A stretch of 64,000 nucleotides of DNA. Origin: Intoshia linei. Lineage: Eukaryota > Animalia > Orthonectida. The notes below the pieces were generated by a model. It was not told the DNA's origin. It searched no databases and saw only the letters and a program-made list of their open reading frames with translations. Positions 13,293 to 26,234 of the stretch are shown one piece after another. Where the stretch lies: the NCBI GenBank assembly GCA_001642005.1, contig LWCA01000002.1:73954-137953 (forward strand). The letters are read 5' to 3'. Made by a program: the position numbers and the translations under genes. How positions within the stretch are numbered: position 1 is the stretch's first letter; every line of letters begins with the position of its first letter.

Positions 13293-13977
13293 CTCTAGAA
13301 TCTATTTTTAATGAGATCATAAATATCAACTCATTTTGGTAATTAGAATCAGTTTATTACATTTTTTATCAAATTTTTAATAAATATTAAATTAAATGGC
13401 GTTAATTAAAAATAATTATTATTATTGCGAAAATAATCATTTTAACTATATTTTATATCTGTAAATATATTTTAAAATTAATAAAATTTTTCATGAACGT
13501 CATAAAACTGATGTAGACCCGTTGATAATGTTTTTTACATATTATTTCGTCATGTATTATTTAAAAATTAATAATACCAAAAAATATGACTATTTAATGG
13601 TTTTTATTCTCAAAAATTCAAAAAAATTAAATTCCGTTAACTAGGGTGTACTATAAAAAAATTAAGATTAATGGAATTAAAAATTCCCGTTAATTAATAA
13701 TAATTAAACACTACATGCCATCAACTTTATAATAGAGACTGGAATTTCAATGTGGATAAAAGCATTTCTTTTTGATAACAGCTGTTTAACAATGAAGTTT
13801 ATCAAAAATTTCGTATGAATGGATAAATTAAGATATTATTACTCAGGAAAGTGAAAATTTAAAAATAATCGGACGACACATTTAAAAACACACACGAATA
13901 ATGTTTTATTTTAGAATCTTATAAACTAGAAATTGAAAATTCTAATAAAAACCCTAGTTTTGTGCCTTCCTTTAGAC

Positions 13978-14495
13978 CAGTGTTTCCCAACCCATTTTGC
14001 GTTTCGCCCATTTTTTAAAATTTTAACTATATTATTTGTATCGCTCAGTAAAAATAATAATAATAATGCTTTTGCGATAAGATGAGACATGCGATAAAAT
14101 GCTATTCATTCATTTTTATTTTTTATATGATTATTTTTAAATAATTTAGATACAGTACGATGCTTCTGAAATTTTTGATAGACGTTATCAAAACATGTAG
14201 CAGGCTTAATCACATTATTTGGATGTTGTGATTTATCCACAAACATTTTTTGGAAGCAGGCATAATTAAATTTTATTAAAATATAAATTGCAACATACTT
14301 ACTACACAAATAATTGGTGTTAAATAACTTATATTGTCAAACTCTTAATAAATTAATTATCGTTCAAGTTATCGTTTTTTTGTATTTGATAAAATTCAAA
14401 ATTTAATTTGTTGAAAAAAATTAAAAATATATATTTTTTTATATATTTTCGCATCACCCACTACTGGGCGATATCGCCTAGGTTAGGAAACATTG
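13978..14495. mobile_element. hAT MITE
   Basis: TIRs cagtgtttcccaacc / ggttaggaaacattg; decayed TSD ctttagac / cgttatac. Confidence 0.7.
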
Positions 14496-14746
14496 CGTTA
14501 TACCATTATACTAAATTTGCAATGAAAACTAATAAACTTCACCACAATCACAAACTTATCCAATTTCATAAACATGTTTGTCATTTAAAATTTAAATTTA
14601 TTATTTTCGATAAAGTTAAGTTTAATTTGAGAATCGAAAAGTGGAATTTAAAATTGGTGAATTCACCCAAAAATAGAATTAATCGTTCGTATTAATTTGC
14701 GAATGTTAATTTGTTTTTTAAATGTTATTGAAAATAATTCTACAAC

Positions 14747-14819
14747 GGTCTCGTGGTGTAGTGGTTATCACATCTGCTTAACACGCAGAAGGTCACGGGT
14801 TCGAAACCCGTCGAAACCT
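14747..14819 (+). tRNA. trnV-AAC: tRNA-Val (anticodon AAC)
   Basis: Cloverleaf: acceptor GGTCTCG/CGAAACC, D-arm with GG, anticodon arm TCTGC-TTAACAC-GCAGA, T-arm ACGGG-TTCGAAA-CCCGT; a T-run Pol III terminator follows. Confidence 0.93.
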
Positions 14820-14892
14820 TTTTTTATTTTTGAATTACATTGATATTTCGAAATAATCTGTTACCCACAATCCACAGCAATCATTCTTAACT

Positions 14893-15009
14893 GGGCGGGG
14901 CGTGAGCATTGACACCGAATTTTATGTATTACTAAATTTTGTCAATAGTATTGACTCAGGCACATGTAGATAGTTAAATTCTGCAACCAATTCAAAATTG
15001 GCGATTGGG
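14893..15009 (+). promoter_or_regulatory. Candidate proximal promoter of the TPR gene (GC box and CCAAT boxes)
   Basis: GGGCGGGGC at ~14893, which is rare in this AT-rich DNA; CCAAT/ATTGG three times at ~14987-15008, 150-270 bp upstream of the ATG. Confidence 0.4.
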
Positions 15010-15158
15010 TCGAATGTGAAAAATTTATATGTAAATTTTATTGACTGTATCTGAATTCTTCATTCGATCTAATTTAATCCATGTAAAAATATGAAGAGTA
15101 TATTGGTTACTGATTATAAACATAGTGAAAATAATTACACTCGTTAAACGGATATAAA

Positions 15159-16978
15159 ATGAATCATTCCAATAAATTCCTTTTCTGTCCAGATATTACT
15201 ATAAACACAGAATGCGCCTCTAGAAGTCCACTATCGGTTGTATCTAAAAAAGAAAATTCATCAGATTTTGACACAGAATCAGAAACACACACGGAAAATG
15301 TAAAATATTAAACTTTAAAAACTAAAACCCTTACACGTATTAAAATCTAGGCTTTGTTCAATACAGCTATACCAGAAAAACACTACAAAAAACAAGCTCA
15401 ATTATCTTTAATCCCACTGTCATATACTGACATTATGGTTAAAATGCTTGGTGACTAGTAATACATACATTATCTTTTTAAATGTTTAATTAATTTAATA
15501 TTAGCAAGCTAAAATCAGAAAATTGTATGGAAAATGGTTCTTACAACAAATGTATATCCTATTGTAACAAATATATATGGGTCAACCCATATCAAAGCAA
15601 AATATACATATTGAAAGCTGAAGCTTATATAAAATTGATGGATTATAAATCTGCCATAAACAATTACAAACAAGCCCTAGTATTTTTAAAAATTGAAAAT
15701 GTGAACAGAGTTAAAGAAATAAGTGAAAAGTTATCAGTAGTATATTTTTTTTATTCAATTTTCTTGAACAACACGCATCAATTTGATAAGGCTCTCGAAA
15801 ATATAAATTTTTCAATTAAAATTGACCCAAACAATGAGACTTTTGTTTTTCAATGGTAATTAAAATTGTATAAATTTAAAGCGTAAATTTAATTTTTAGT
15901 ATTTTGTATTTAATCAACTCTAAGCAATACGATAAATGCATCAAATTAATTTCTCTAAAAATTAAGGAACACCCAAATAACGATAAATATCATTTAATGC
16001 GAGCCAGTCTACACCTCAAGAAAAATGAGGTAATTTGAACTTTTTTAATCTTACTTAAGGTAAGATAGCCTGAAATCATGTATGTTTAAAAACAAGGCTT
16101 AAAATATTAAATCAATAATTTTAGCATACATTAGCCTACTATAACTTGAAAGAATGCTTAAAAATAAAAAACAATCAAGCCGCCGTAAATTTGTTACTCC
16201 AGATAATTAATTTTTCAAAAAAATTCTACAAAAGTGCCCGAGACTTTTACATTGAAATGAAATTTAAAAAATCGCTGGTAAATATCAAACTAGCAATTTC
16301 ACTGAACCCCGAGTGTATCAAATATTACCTATTAAAGTAAGTTTACATTTTACAGATAATCAAAAATATAGCGCAATTCTGTTATATAAATGTGGAAATT
16401 ACAAAGAGTCAATACACGAATTTGACAACATTATAAAAAATTATGACCCCGACGACCCCAAGTACAATTTAACCATTTTAAAATCAGCTCATACAATGAT
16501 TAACGTTGCAATGAATGCATATTCAACAAAATTAATACACTTTAATCAAATTGAAACTGCACTAGTTTTACTTAAAATAGTTAAACAATCAAACCCCACA
16601 ATATATCAAATTTACGTCAACTTGGGAGGTATAAATTAACAAATCCAATCATTCAATAATTAAATAATTAGACTGTTATCTCTATCTCAAAAAAATTAAA
16701 CCCGCGCTAAAATATTACACGTTGGCAGAAACATTGAATAAGGAAATCCAAATGGAGTACCATATAAAAAGTCGCATCGCAATGATACATGTATACCAAT
16801 CATACAATTTATTTGAAAAATATGAATACAAAGTAATACATTATCATTTAACGTTATCATTATATGATAGAGATGCATTTGGAATTTAAACAAAGCAATA
16901 CAAATTGACAATTTTAAAGGAGAATATTATCTTTTGAGGTCGAAGTGTCATGAAAATTTAAAGGTTTTTTACATTTGA
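15159..16978 (+). CDS. Tetratricopeptide-repeat protein (possibly TTC16-like), multi-exon
   Basis: TPR patterns (IYILKAEAYIKLMDYKSAINNYKQAL; KALENINFSIKIDPNN; LNKAIQIDNFKGEYYLLRSKC) across about 8 exons separated by short GT-AG introns. The last exon reads ...NLKVFYI*; a downstream spliced end is not excluded. Confidence 0.8.
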
Positions 16979-16980
16979 TG

Positions 16981-18330
16981 TTAAAATGCAATATTTGAAA
17001 TATTACAGTTTTTGTCGTGTTTATCAATTATTGAATCACACTTTTTTAACATTGTTTCTTTAAAATTTTTGTTTTTTTCTTTTAATGTATCCAGTCGACC
17101 TTGGCAGTCATCAATCAGTTTTGCAAATGTAACATCAGTTTCATCAATTTTATTCAACACGTCGGTTAAATTTTTAGTATTCTCAGTTGTCGATAATTTT
17201 AATTCCGTTTGCTTCATGAAAGCAAATTTTTGCTCCATTTCACTAAGCTTATTCAATAGTAAATCCATTTTATCCACACTGAAATCTTCAGTCATAAACA
17301 TACTCTCCTTTAGAAATGTTTCATCGTTATCCATCCTCAAATCAATATCACTATTTGTACCTGGTATCTAAAATAAAATATAATTGTACTGCCAAAATAT
17401 TAATTTAAATATCAATGAAGGCCTTCATTATATCCCACATTATAGTTTTTTGTTAAAATAATATATTTCTAAGGAATCATGTTAATACTATTAATGTAGG
17501 ACAGGAGCGGCAAAGTTTTGCGTTTCGTGTGCCATTTTTGTTTATTAAAAAATTATACGGATCCCGTTTGTGAAAATTTACACATAATAAATTTCAATTT
17601 TAACTGCAGAGGAACGGTTCTAGTATATTCAACAAAATAATATACAGGGTGATCTGAAAATTCAGAGTTAAAATGATTCAAATGAGCCAATTATGGTAGA
17701 AAATGGTTTAAAAGTTGAAAAATATATAATTTACATATTTACTCAAAGGTCACCAAAATTATTCTGTGGGCCACTGGTTACCGACCCCTGTTGTAGAGTA
17801 TGTTTATGGAACATAATTCAAAAGAGGTTACCTGTTTGTGATTCGAATGTTGTAATGTCATCGGCATATCATTAATCCTTATATACATTTATTTACTTTT
17901 AATATATTATCGTGTAAACGTCTTAATTAATTTTAATCGATAAAATATACAGGTAAAGAATTTATTGTAAATGTAAAAATTAAAATATCAAAAGTACAGT
18001 AATACATTGCTATAAGTAACATCGTAAACATGAAAATTTACCTCGTATTAGTCACGCTATAACTAACAAATATTTTTTATCAATAATTAATCGATTAAGT
18101 CAATTTAAAAACATTTTTCGAGTGAATTAATCATACCAACATTTATAGAGATTCTCAATTTTACAAAAAATATCATTTACAAGGGTTTTGAGGTTGGTCA
18201 AACTTATAAAAAACAATTTCAGTGTTTATCGGTAATTTTTGAATGTGATACATAAATCACATTTATTATTTACAAAGGCTGTTACGGATTGGCCTAATTT
18301 TCGAACTAAAAATTTCAAAATAGTTTCTAA
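16981..18330 (-). CDS. Hypothetical coiled-coil protein, 3' exons; 5' extent unresolved
   Basis: Open terminal exon 16981-17367 after a tttag acceptor, heptad-rich (LLNKLSEMEQKF...LDTLKEKNK). Small in-frame exons lie at ~17832-17877, ~18042-18062 and ~18137-18202. Confidence 0.55.
17502..17790. mobile_element. hAT MITE; same family as 34116-34768 and the inverted copy at ~52576-52834
   Basis: TIRs caggagcggcaa / ttaccgacccctg; shared core tctagtatattcaacaaaata..gatctgaaaattcag. Confidence 0.8.
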
Positions 18331-19014
18331 TGTTAATCAGCAATTTTTCAATGTAGAATATCTCGTGGCATAAATGATTTGTTTAAAATTTACCAGGCTA
18401 TTGAGGATTATCCTAATTTTCCTACTAGTTTCAATGTTTATTTGTCATATTTTCAATAATTATGAGTAATACCAATTATGAAACGTTAATTAATGAAACT
18501 AATAAAATATTACATTATACATTTATGAAATTATCTAAATCTAAAATTTGAGGTACACCCTTAGGAGAAACTCTATGTAGCTTATCCTTCAATATCATTA
18601 TTTTTGTTTTAATTATTATTGATATTAATGTTGACTCATTTTAGTGGGAACTACTTTAGGGTATCAAATCATTTGATTCAAATGTCATGTAAAATCATAT
18701 TTTAAATGAAAACGTATGAGATGAAATCATGCTAAGTGAATTTTATGTTTACTCAGTCGTTTACGTTAGTTATTATTAAATTATTATTTGTAGTCATTAT
18801 TTTCACTGTCAAAATTCTATAGTAAAAGTTGACTGACATGTATAAGTAACAATTTTACAAAGAATTATATAATTGTGAAACTAATTGGTTTTGAATTCTG
18901 AAATTTTGTGACAATACATAAATACGGATGATGTATAGACGTGCCAATTGTTCGTTTCAAAAATCAAATGTGCAAAATGGGTCTTTCTATTAAAAAAAAG
19001 TGGACACCCTAATG

Positions 19015-19721
19015 CAGTGGTTTTCAACCTTTTTGTGTTCGCGACCCCTTATAAACATAAAAATTTTTGGCGACCCAAAAATTTTCTATATACTCCAAAC
19101 ATCATATCAGTTGACATAAATGAAAATATTAAAAATTCATATACAGTTTTATTTATATTTTATATATCAGTAAGCACTGCTCACTGAGCAATAAAATCAG
19201 TACAATGTATTATAATAACTAAATTTATTTTCTTCATGTAAAATTTAAGGTTCCAATTTAGATACAATTATTGATATTCTGGGCAGTGTATGCGATAAGG
19301 CGAGCCTCATATCATCTTTAACATTCAATCTGTTTATTGACATTGTTTTTATATGAACATATAGAATAAAAGCGTATAAAATCCAGCTTCACACAGATAA
19401 GTTGACTGTAAAAATAGTAACAATCTCAAAGCAATCGTAAATACATTTGGATATAAATCAATCATATCACACCAAAAAGTAGTTAGTGGTTTTTCATAGA
19501 AAATATTACGTGCAGTGGAATCATTTATTAAATCTATTACTTCATCCTGTATTTTATTGGGAATACATGTAGTTTATATATTGAGTGAAGAACATTTAAA
19601 ATTGTAATACAGAATGTAAAAATATTTCCTTAACATTACTGTCAAAATTCTATATTAAAATAAAAGAATGTATTCATAAAATTTTCAAATGGATAGACAC
19701 TGTGACAAGTGAAAACCACTG
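19015..19721 (-). mobile_element. Internally deleted hAT (Buster/Charlie) element retaining the C-terminal dimerisation domain
   Basis: TIRs cagtggttttca / tgaaaaccactg; perfect TSD ccctaatg (19007-19014, 19722-19729). The minus strand encodes QSTYLCEAGF and LNVKDDMRLALS. Confidence 0.9.
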
Positions 19722-19804
19722 CCCTAATGGGTACATTATGTAAGTTAATAAATAATTAAACTTTCAGTACACATTTTAAATATAATAATAAAATAAAAAC
19801 TACC

Positions 19805-20830
19805 TCTAAATTTTGATCAGAATTAATGATGGATTCATCACATGTGTTAATTTGTGCATTTGTAGAAATTGGTAGAGGCGAATCTATAATAAAATTATAA
19901 CTGAGTTTGAAATAAATTGTCATGATTGTGATTATCACTTAATTTTTACAAGATACCTTTAATATTATTATTTGATTGAAAATCTAAATTTTGTTCATAG
20001 GAAGGAGCCATTGATGGTAATATCGTAGAATTAATATATTGCAATAATTTTAAAGGCTTATTAATATCTTCCGAACACGAGAAAGATTCACTGTGTTGAT
20101 TTAAATAATGGTTGATTGGATTAGAGTCTGTATTTTGTGACTGATGTGCAAGTACGTCATTATTTGTTGATTTAAAATTAGAATCTCTAATGAAGGGAGC
20201 GATACTTCCACTATTATTCGATGCATGGGAAACGCCTGTGATTGTTGGAATTAATTTTTGTACTTGAGGATTATATGCAGGAATAGATTGAACATTGGGT
20301 GAATCAAATAAAATTTTATTTAATTGCGATATAGTTTCAACACGATTGCGTTTATTTCGGGAAGGTCCATCCGAACCTTTCATTGAAGGTACGCTAGATT
20401 TTTTAAAGGAAGCAAAAAGTTTACTCTTGTTATGATCATTATTCGAAGTATTAGAGCTTATATGTAATATATTATTATTGACAGGTTCACTTGGCGACGT
20501 CTCAGTATTTGCATTGCTGTTTCTATTTAATTCAGATTTTTTTTCAAATCCTTCATCCCTATGATCAGTTCCCTTTATTTTGTAATTTAATGTTTGATTT
20601 ATATTTGTACTTGTACGTTGGGTTTTAATTTGATTTTTTTTTCCATCTTTTATTCCTGTGTTGTATACATGCATGTTTTGATTGGAATTATTAGCATCAT
20701 CAACCCTACAATATAATTGTTTTATTAGATGCAGAAATAAAATATAATGATACCTTCCAATATTAGCAAAGTGCACTTTGCTAAACAAAATATAAGAAGT
20801 AAATACAATTACATACACCAGTGATCTCAA
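19805..20830 (-). CDS. Long Asn/Ser-rich low-complexity exon(s); probably the C-terminal part of the zinc-finger gene
   Basis: Open frame of ~750 nt (~19957-20705) bounded by tgtag and Ggtatc splice sites; linkage to neighbouring exons is inferred. Confidence 0.55.
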
Positions 20831-21079
20831 CCTTTTTAATCAAATATAGTCAATCCGAAAATTCAGTCAAATATAAAATGGCAGTAGATTCAACCAGGTG
20901 TAATACTTGAAAACGGTTCTTCCATTATTGATAGTTATGTATCGCAAAGAAAATATTTTGTAACTCACCACCTGTACAGAAACGAGACTACCCAGAAATG
21001 TAATTTCAGAAATAATGAAATTGTATTGAAATAAAAAAATCTGGCCGTATAGTTCAAGTGGGTTGATCTTTCTGAATCA

Positions 21080-22140
21080 CTGATGTATACAATATGAGTT
21101 AAAATCTTTAGAAACACAAATCAATATCAATAAAACTAGAATTATTATATACCATAAATGTACATTCAAATCGACAGGTTTCTTGAAAACTGAATTGCAA
21201 TTGGGTATGTGACATAGTAAATTATTCACTGAAATGTGAATGCTATAAAAAAATATATAAAAATTGAAAAGAAAAAACCTGCCATGTAACAGCAAGTCGT
21301 AATGATAATTAAACTCTGTTTTGTCTTGACATTGTATCCATTTACACTTTTGTGGGAAAGGAGGCTTGCAATGAAAAAATTTGATGTGTTTATACAAATT
21401 ACTTCGATTTTTAAATATTGTATTGCAACTGTCCCATAAACAAGTCCATATGATTGAATCATCACTATAAATAAAAAATATATACATCTCCATAAACAAC
21501 ATTTGAATTAACAGAAAATTCGGATAATTTTTAATAATTCATTTCCGTGTTTTCTTCCAAACGGCATGTAAAATGGTACAAATAAATCAGTCTCAATAAA
21601 TAAATGTAAATAAAATTACCGAGAATTCGGACACTTTATATTATGATCATATGCGTGTTTTTGTCTAAGTTCCATGTAAAATATTAATAAATATGTAATA
21701 ATCAATGCAAAAATCAAACTTTTAACAAATTAAAATAAATTGTCATAGCAATAAGAGATTAATTTGAATATAAAAATAAAAATTTGATTTTATTTTCTAA
21801 AATATACCTGAAATGATCTTCCATTTTATTACGATCGTTATAAAGTCTACGACAAGAAAATTCTTTACAATAACTACAATTTGGAGATGTGTGGTTCCTA
21901 GATAATGTTACATTTAAATATATCTAATATTTACAAAACGTGGCCAATAAATGACCGACCGTAATCTTTACTTGAACAACAATTCCAAAGACACTTTCCA
22001 CCGACGTATGTGCGGATATGATCTCTCAGATGTAGTCTAATTTCATGTATATTGTTGTATACTTTTTCGCATTTATTCCATCTGCATTGCACTGTGGTGT
22101 AAGTTCGTGTTATAGAAATTTTAACTTTTTTACGATCCAT
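21080..22140 (-). CDS. Multi-C2H2 zinc-finger transcription factor with C-x-W-x2-C fingers (HINFP- or GLI/Zic-like)
   Basis: CRWNKCEKVYNNIHEIRLHLRDH, CLWNCCSSKDY..GHVLNH (36-nt intron 21899-21934), CLWDSCNTIFKNRSNLYKHIKFFH, CKWIQCQDK..LLLH, CHIPNCNSVF..LNVH. The 3' boundary is uncertain. Confidence 0.8.
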
Positions 22141-22478
22141 TAATTAAAGTTTAAGTTAAATCTGTTGAATATGTTTAAATTACTATGGTCATAATGAAGC
22201 TTAGCTGTATATTTAATATTGTTTGATAATGTATTGGATATGACTTTAAATTATGTGAATAAACTTATGTTTTTATTACATTTATTGTGCTTTTAGTGCT
22301 GTATAAGAACCTTTGTACGAGGTTGCATCTCTGAAAACAATGTAGAATGATTATGTCGATATAATAAAACAATTACGGATTAATTGTTTGAAAAAATTGT
22401 CATTAACACCGCTAAGGGTACTAGTAAATTCAGTATAGCCCGTTAGAGACAGATTTTTTAATGATCTCAGAAATTATA

Positions 22479-24038
22479 CAGTCCGTTCAATAATAATAGG
22501 AATTTTCGTTTATTGCAGTTTTCTCAGTAGTTGATAGTAGAATAATAAAAATCAGTAATGTCCTGGACAATATTACTTGAATACGAGATATCAATATATA
22601 AATTAAAAAAACAGAAAGGATTAATTAGAAAAAGCATTTTAGTAATTCGATAACATTTATAGGCGTTCACTTATAATAGGAATTATATTTAATTTTGAAA
22701 CTATACAACTTATATATCTAAAATTATATATAATTTAAAGCTAATATTTTGTGTGATCACGTTTATTCTCTAAAACAGCCAAAAATCGTGAGGGCATAGA
22801 TTTTATAAGAAATTGTTTGATTATTTCTCCGTTATCATACTTGCATTTCTCCCACGCCAAAAGTACTGCCACTCGAACATCATTTTTGTTATTATATTGT
22901 TTGTTACCGTTATCATATATTCTTAAACACATATTATGCCAGAAATTTTCGATTATATGTAGATCAGGACTCAATGGAGGATGGTTTATTAGATTAATGT
23001 GGGCATTTTCAAACATTTGCATGGTTGTTTTAGCTTTATGTACCGATGCATTGTCTTGTAAAAAAATTATGGAAAGGTTGATATATATGTAGAAAGTGCT
23101 CCGAAAAAATATTTTGGTAAATTTCAGCATTCATTGTTCTTGGAATTTCAACCAAAGTACTGTGCATATTTTTAATGATTGCTCCCCAAAACATTAAACA
23201 TCCTCCTGAACTATGACGATTTATTTTCCCCAATTTTTGAGTAGATATATCTTGCCAAGCCTTATCACAGCTATTTCCATCTAATGTAAACAATTTTTCG
23301 TCCGAAAACCAAACATTTTCCCAATCGGTATTATTAGTAATCATTTATTTTATGTATTTAACTCGAGCTTCCTTATGCTTTTGATTTAAATTTGATTTTT
23401 TCATTAAAGATCGATACCTAATAGTTGTTTCCTTCTTTAAAATGTTCCAAACTGATGTCTTAGAAATTCCACAAAGCGAGGCAGTGACCTTTAGAGATTT
23501 TTTGTTATTAATTATATTTTTTTACACTTTTTATCATTTTTGAATCTATTTTACTTGTTTTACCACAATTAGACATATTTTTATTATAATCTGTATTATT
23601 TTCTAAAAAATTGAAAATATTTTGGATTACGTTCACCGACCTTATAACCACGTTTTTTTGGTGGATTACCATTTATTATTTTCCTTCTAACTTCTAATGG
23701 AGTATAACCATCATTGTACATAATTTCAATGGATGTCTGTTCTTCTTTAGTTAACTTTGTACCTCGTCCCATTGTATGTGAATTTTTTTAACAGTTAATG
23801 AATTAATAAAGTTTTTATTACATAATTCCTATTTTTAATGAACGACAATAAATTTTATCAAATTTTTAAAATGCTTTTTACAATTAATTATGTTTGTTTA
23901 ATGTTTGTAAACCTTAAATTTATATCTTGTGTTTTAATCATATTTTCATACTTATTACGGATTTTCAATATTTTATGTCTGTTGATAACTGTTAAAAATG
24001 AAATTAATCAAATTTACTATTATTTTTGGAACGGAGTG
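22479..24038 (-). mobile_element. Full-length Tc1 (DD34E) transposon of IR-DR type; transposase frameshifted
   Basis: TA flanks both ends; TIRs cagtccgttcaataataatag / ctattatttttggaacggagtg; inner repeats at ~22665 and ~23824. The transposase runs 23772 to 22741 (MGRGTKL, WFSDEK, QDNASVH, SPDLHIIE), with 34 residues between the second D and E. Confidence 0.93.
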
Positions 24039-24317
24039 TATTACAGTAATAAGATCGTAGTTAATGAATGCAATTTGGAAACAGTTTACTTATTTATTTA
24101 TTCAATTATAAGATAATGTAAATATCAAAATTAATACAAATTCGATTGATAACTATATTACTATGGTGTTTGTAAAAATTTGTACCACCTGATTCGGGTG
24201 ACCTGAGTATAGTACACTATCTGATTGCAGTATGGGTTTGTGAGTTATGTTTATTGTCGGTTGTTCGTAATAGGGAAATAAAAGTTATTTTATAATTCTA
24301 AATATAATAAAATAATA

Positions 24318-25170
24318 ATGATTAATGATTATAATCATAATGTGGTAAATTGCCACATTACCACTGGTAATAAATTGGCTCCAATATTTATAATTCTCAA
24401 GTTAAAAACCGCTGATATTCATATTAAATTTAGAACATTGAAAAAGCTAAACACGATTTAATGTACAGTATTTACCTGTCACCATATTTTCATGGTATAT
24501 ACCCATTACTTGGTCGACTTTATCCAGGAAAAAATATTAGTAAATTGTTAAAAACAAAAGAAATGGATAATGTTAGATGTCAAATTATCAATAATATCGA
24601 AAATAATTTTCCAAAGTGTTTACCGGAGAAAGTGGACAAAGTTTCAATTATGTATGTTTTTATATTTATTTACTCAATCGGGACTAGAATTCGCAAACGA
24701 TAAAATACCCACCATTAGAATAGGTTTAGATTATTTTCAATGGTGAAACTATAATATTCATTTTTCTATTAACCAGTTCTCTGGTTAGCAAACGTTTGTG
24801 ATTCTTTTGATTTTGAAAGAACGATTTTGTTTATTCTTCATTTTTAGTAAAAAACCTCAAAAAGTGACCACAAACTTTTATGCAAGTTTATGCATTGAAA
24901 AAACAATGGTTTGTTCAAAAATTAATTTTTTTATTATATAAATTTTAGATACAAAATAAGGTTAAATCTCTATTATTGCAGCGTCCTAATCTTTCCAGAA
25001 AATTACCTTTCCTCTAATTTAAATGTAAAAATTAGTTTGTAAATACTAAATGTAGTTTTTTCAAAATATAAATTTAATCAAAAAATGTTAATTTTTAATG
25101 TAATATTATTCAGTCAAGTTGCGTTTATTCCACGTCTAATCAACTTTTTTGAAGTTATTTAAATTTCCCT
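24318..25170 (+). CDS. Hypothetical protein, multi-exon
   Basis: Open exon ~24434-24650 between ttag and gtatgt sites, plus further short GT-AG-bounded segments; no recognisable motif. Confidence 0.4.
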
Positions 25171-26234
25171 TTACGATCACAAATGTTTCAATAACCAAAA
25201 ACTGATTTAATTTAAATCAATGTTTTATAGCCTTTTGTCCCGCGACCTGCCTCATATTTTTTTCTGACTAGAGTCAATTCAGATTTTTGAATGTAAATTA
25301 TTTTCAAAAAATTATTAACGTGAAAAATGTGATATATAATTAACATTACATTTGCTAAATCTTAAAAAACTTGTTAAATGTGATGAGTGTATTACAGGTT
25401 GGCTTTTGCACGACATATCAAATCTAAGATTAATATTTGAGATAACATTCACACACAGATAACTCACACAGGCTTATATTTACTTTAAAAAAGGAATGAA
25501 ACCACGTGATCCCATTCTTAAGAAACTATAATTTAAATTATATCATACTTAACCATTTCATCACCTTATGTAATATATATTATTACTATTGATTTTGACT
25601 ATTATATGATATTCACTGATTTTGTAGGAAAAATTTAGTAACTTGGCCGAAAGTTCGAAAATTATTTCAGCTTACAGTTTGCAGTTCAAAATATTCTGCA
25701 TTTGTGTATTTGCTGTCTAAACTTTAGACTCTAAAGTACGATGGATTCGGTGAGCCTAACAATTACATTAACAATCGGTTAACAAGAATCAATGATTAAG
25801 AATAACAGATTTCTCCCACGTGTTATATATGATAATATGATAATATGAAAATCCCTACTCAATATCAATTGCATTATAAATGTTTGCTACACATTATAAA
25901 TATTAGTTATAGTACAGTAATAGTGTAGATTCACTAGTAATGTAATTATAAATATTTTATATTGAATGTATACGGCGGTATAGCACATTTATACATCTTA
26001 CAAGTGCAAACATCTATGAGAAAATGTATCAAAAAATAAATTTAATTATGAAATAAATCAACTAGGTATTTGAAAAATAAATTAAAGTATAATTTGTAAA
26101 GATTTTTAATGTAATAATATAAACATGTTTAAATGTATGTTATAACGTTTAAAATGGAAACCAATTGGGATATACACTGAAATGCAAAAAGATTTCAAAT
26201 TTCAGCTTTGTATTAACAGTAAATATTTATAAAT

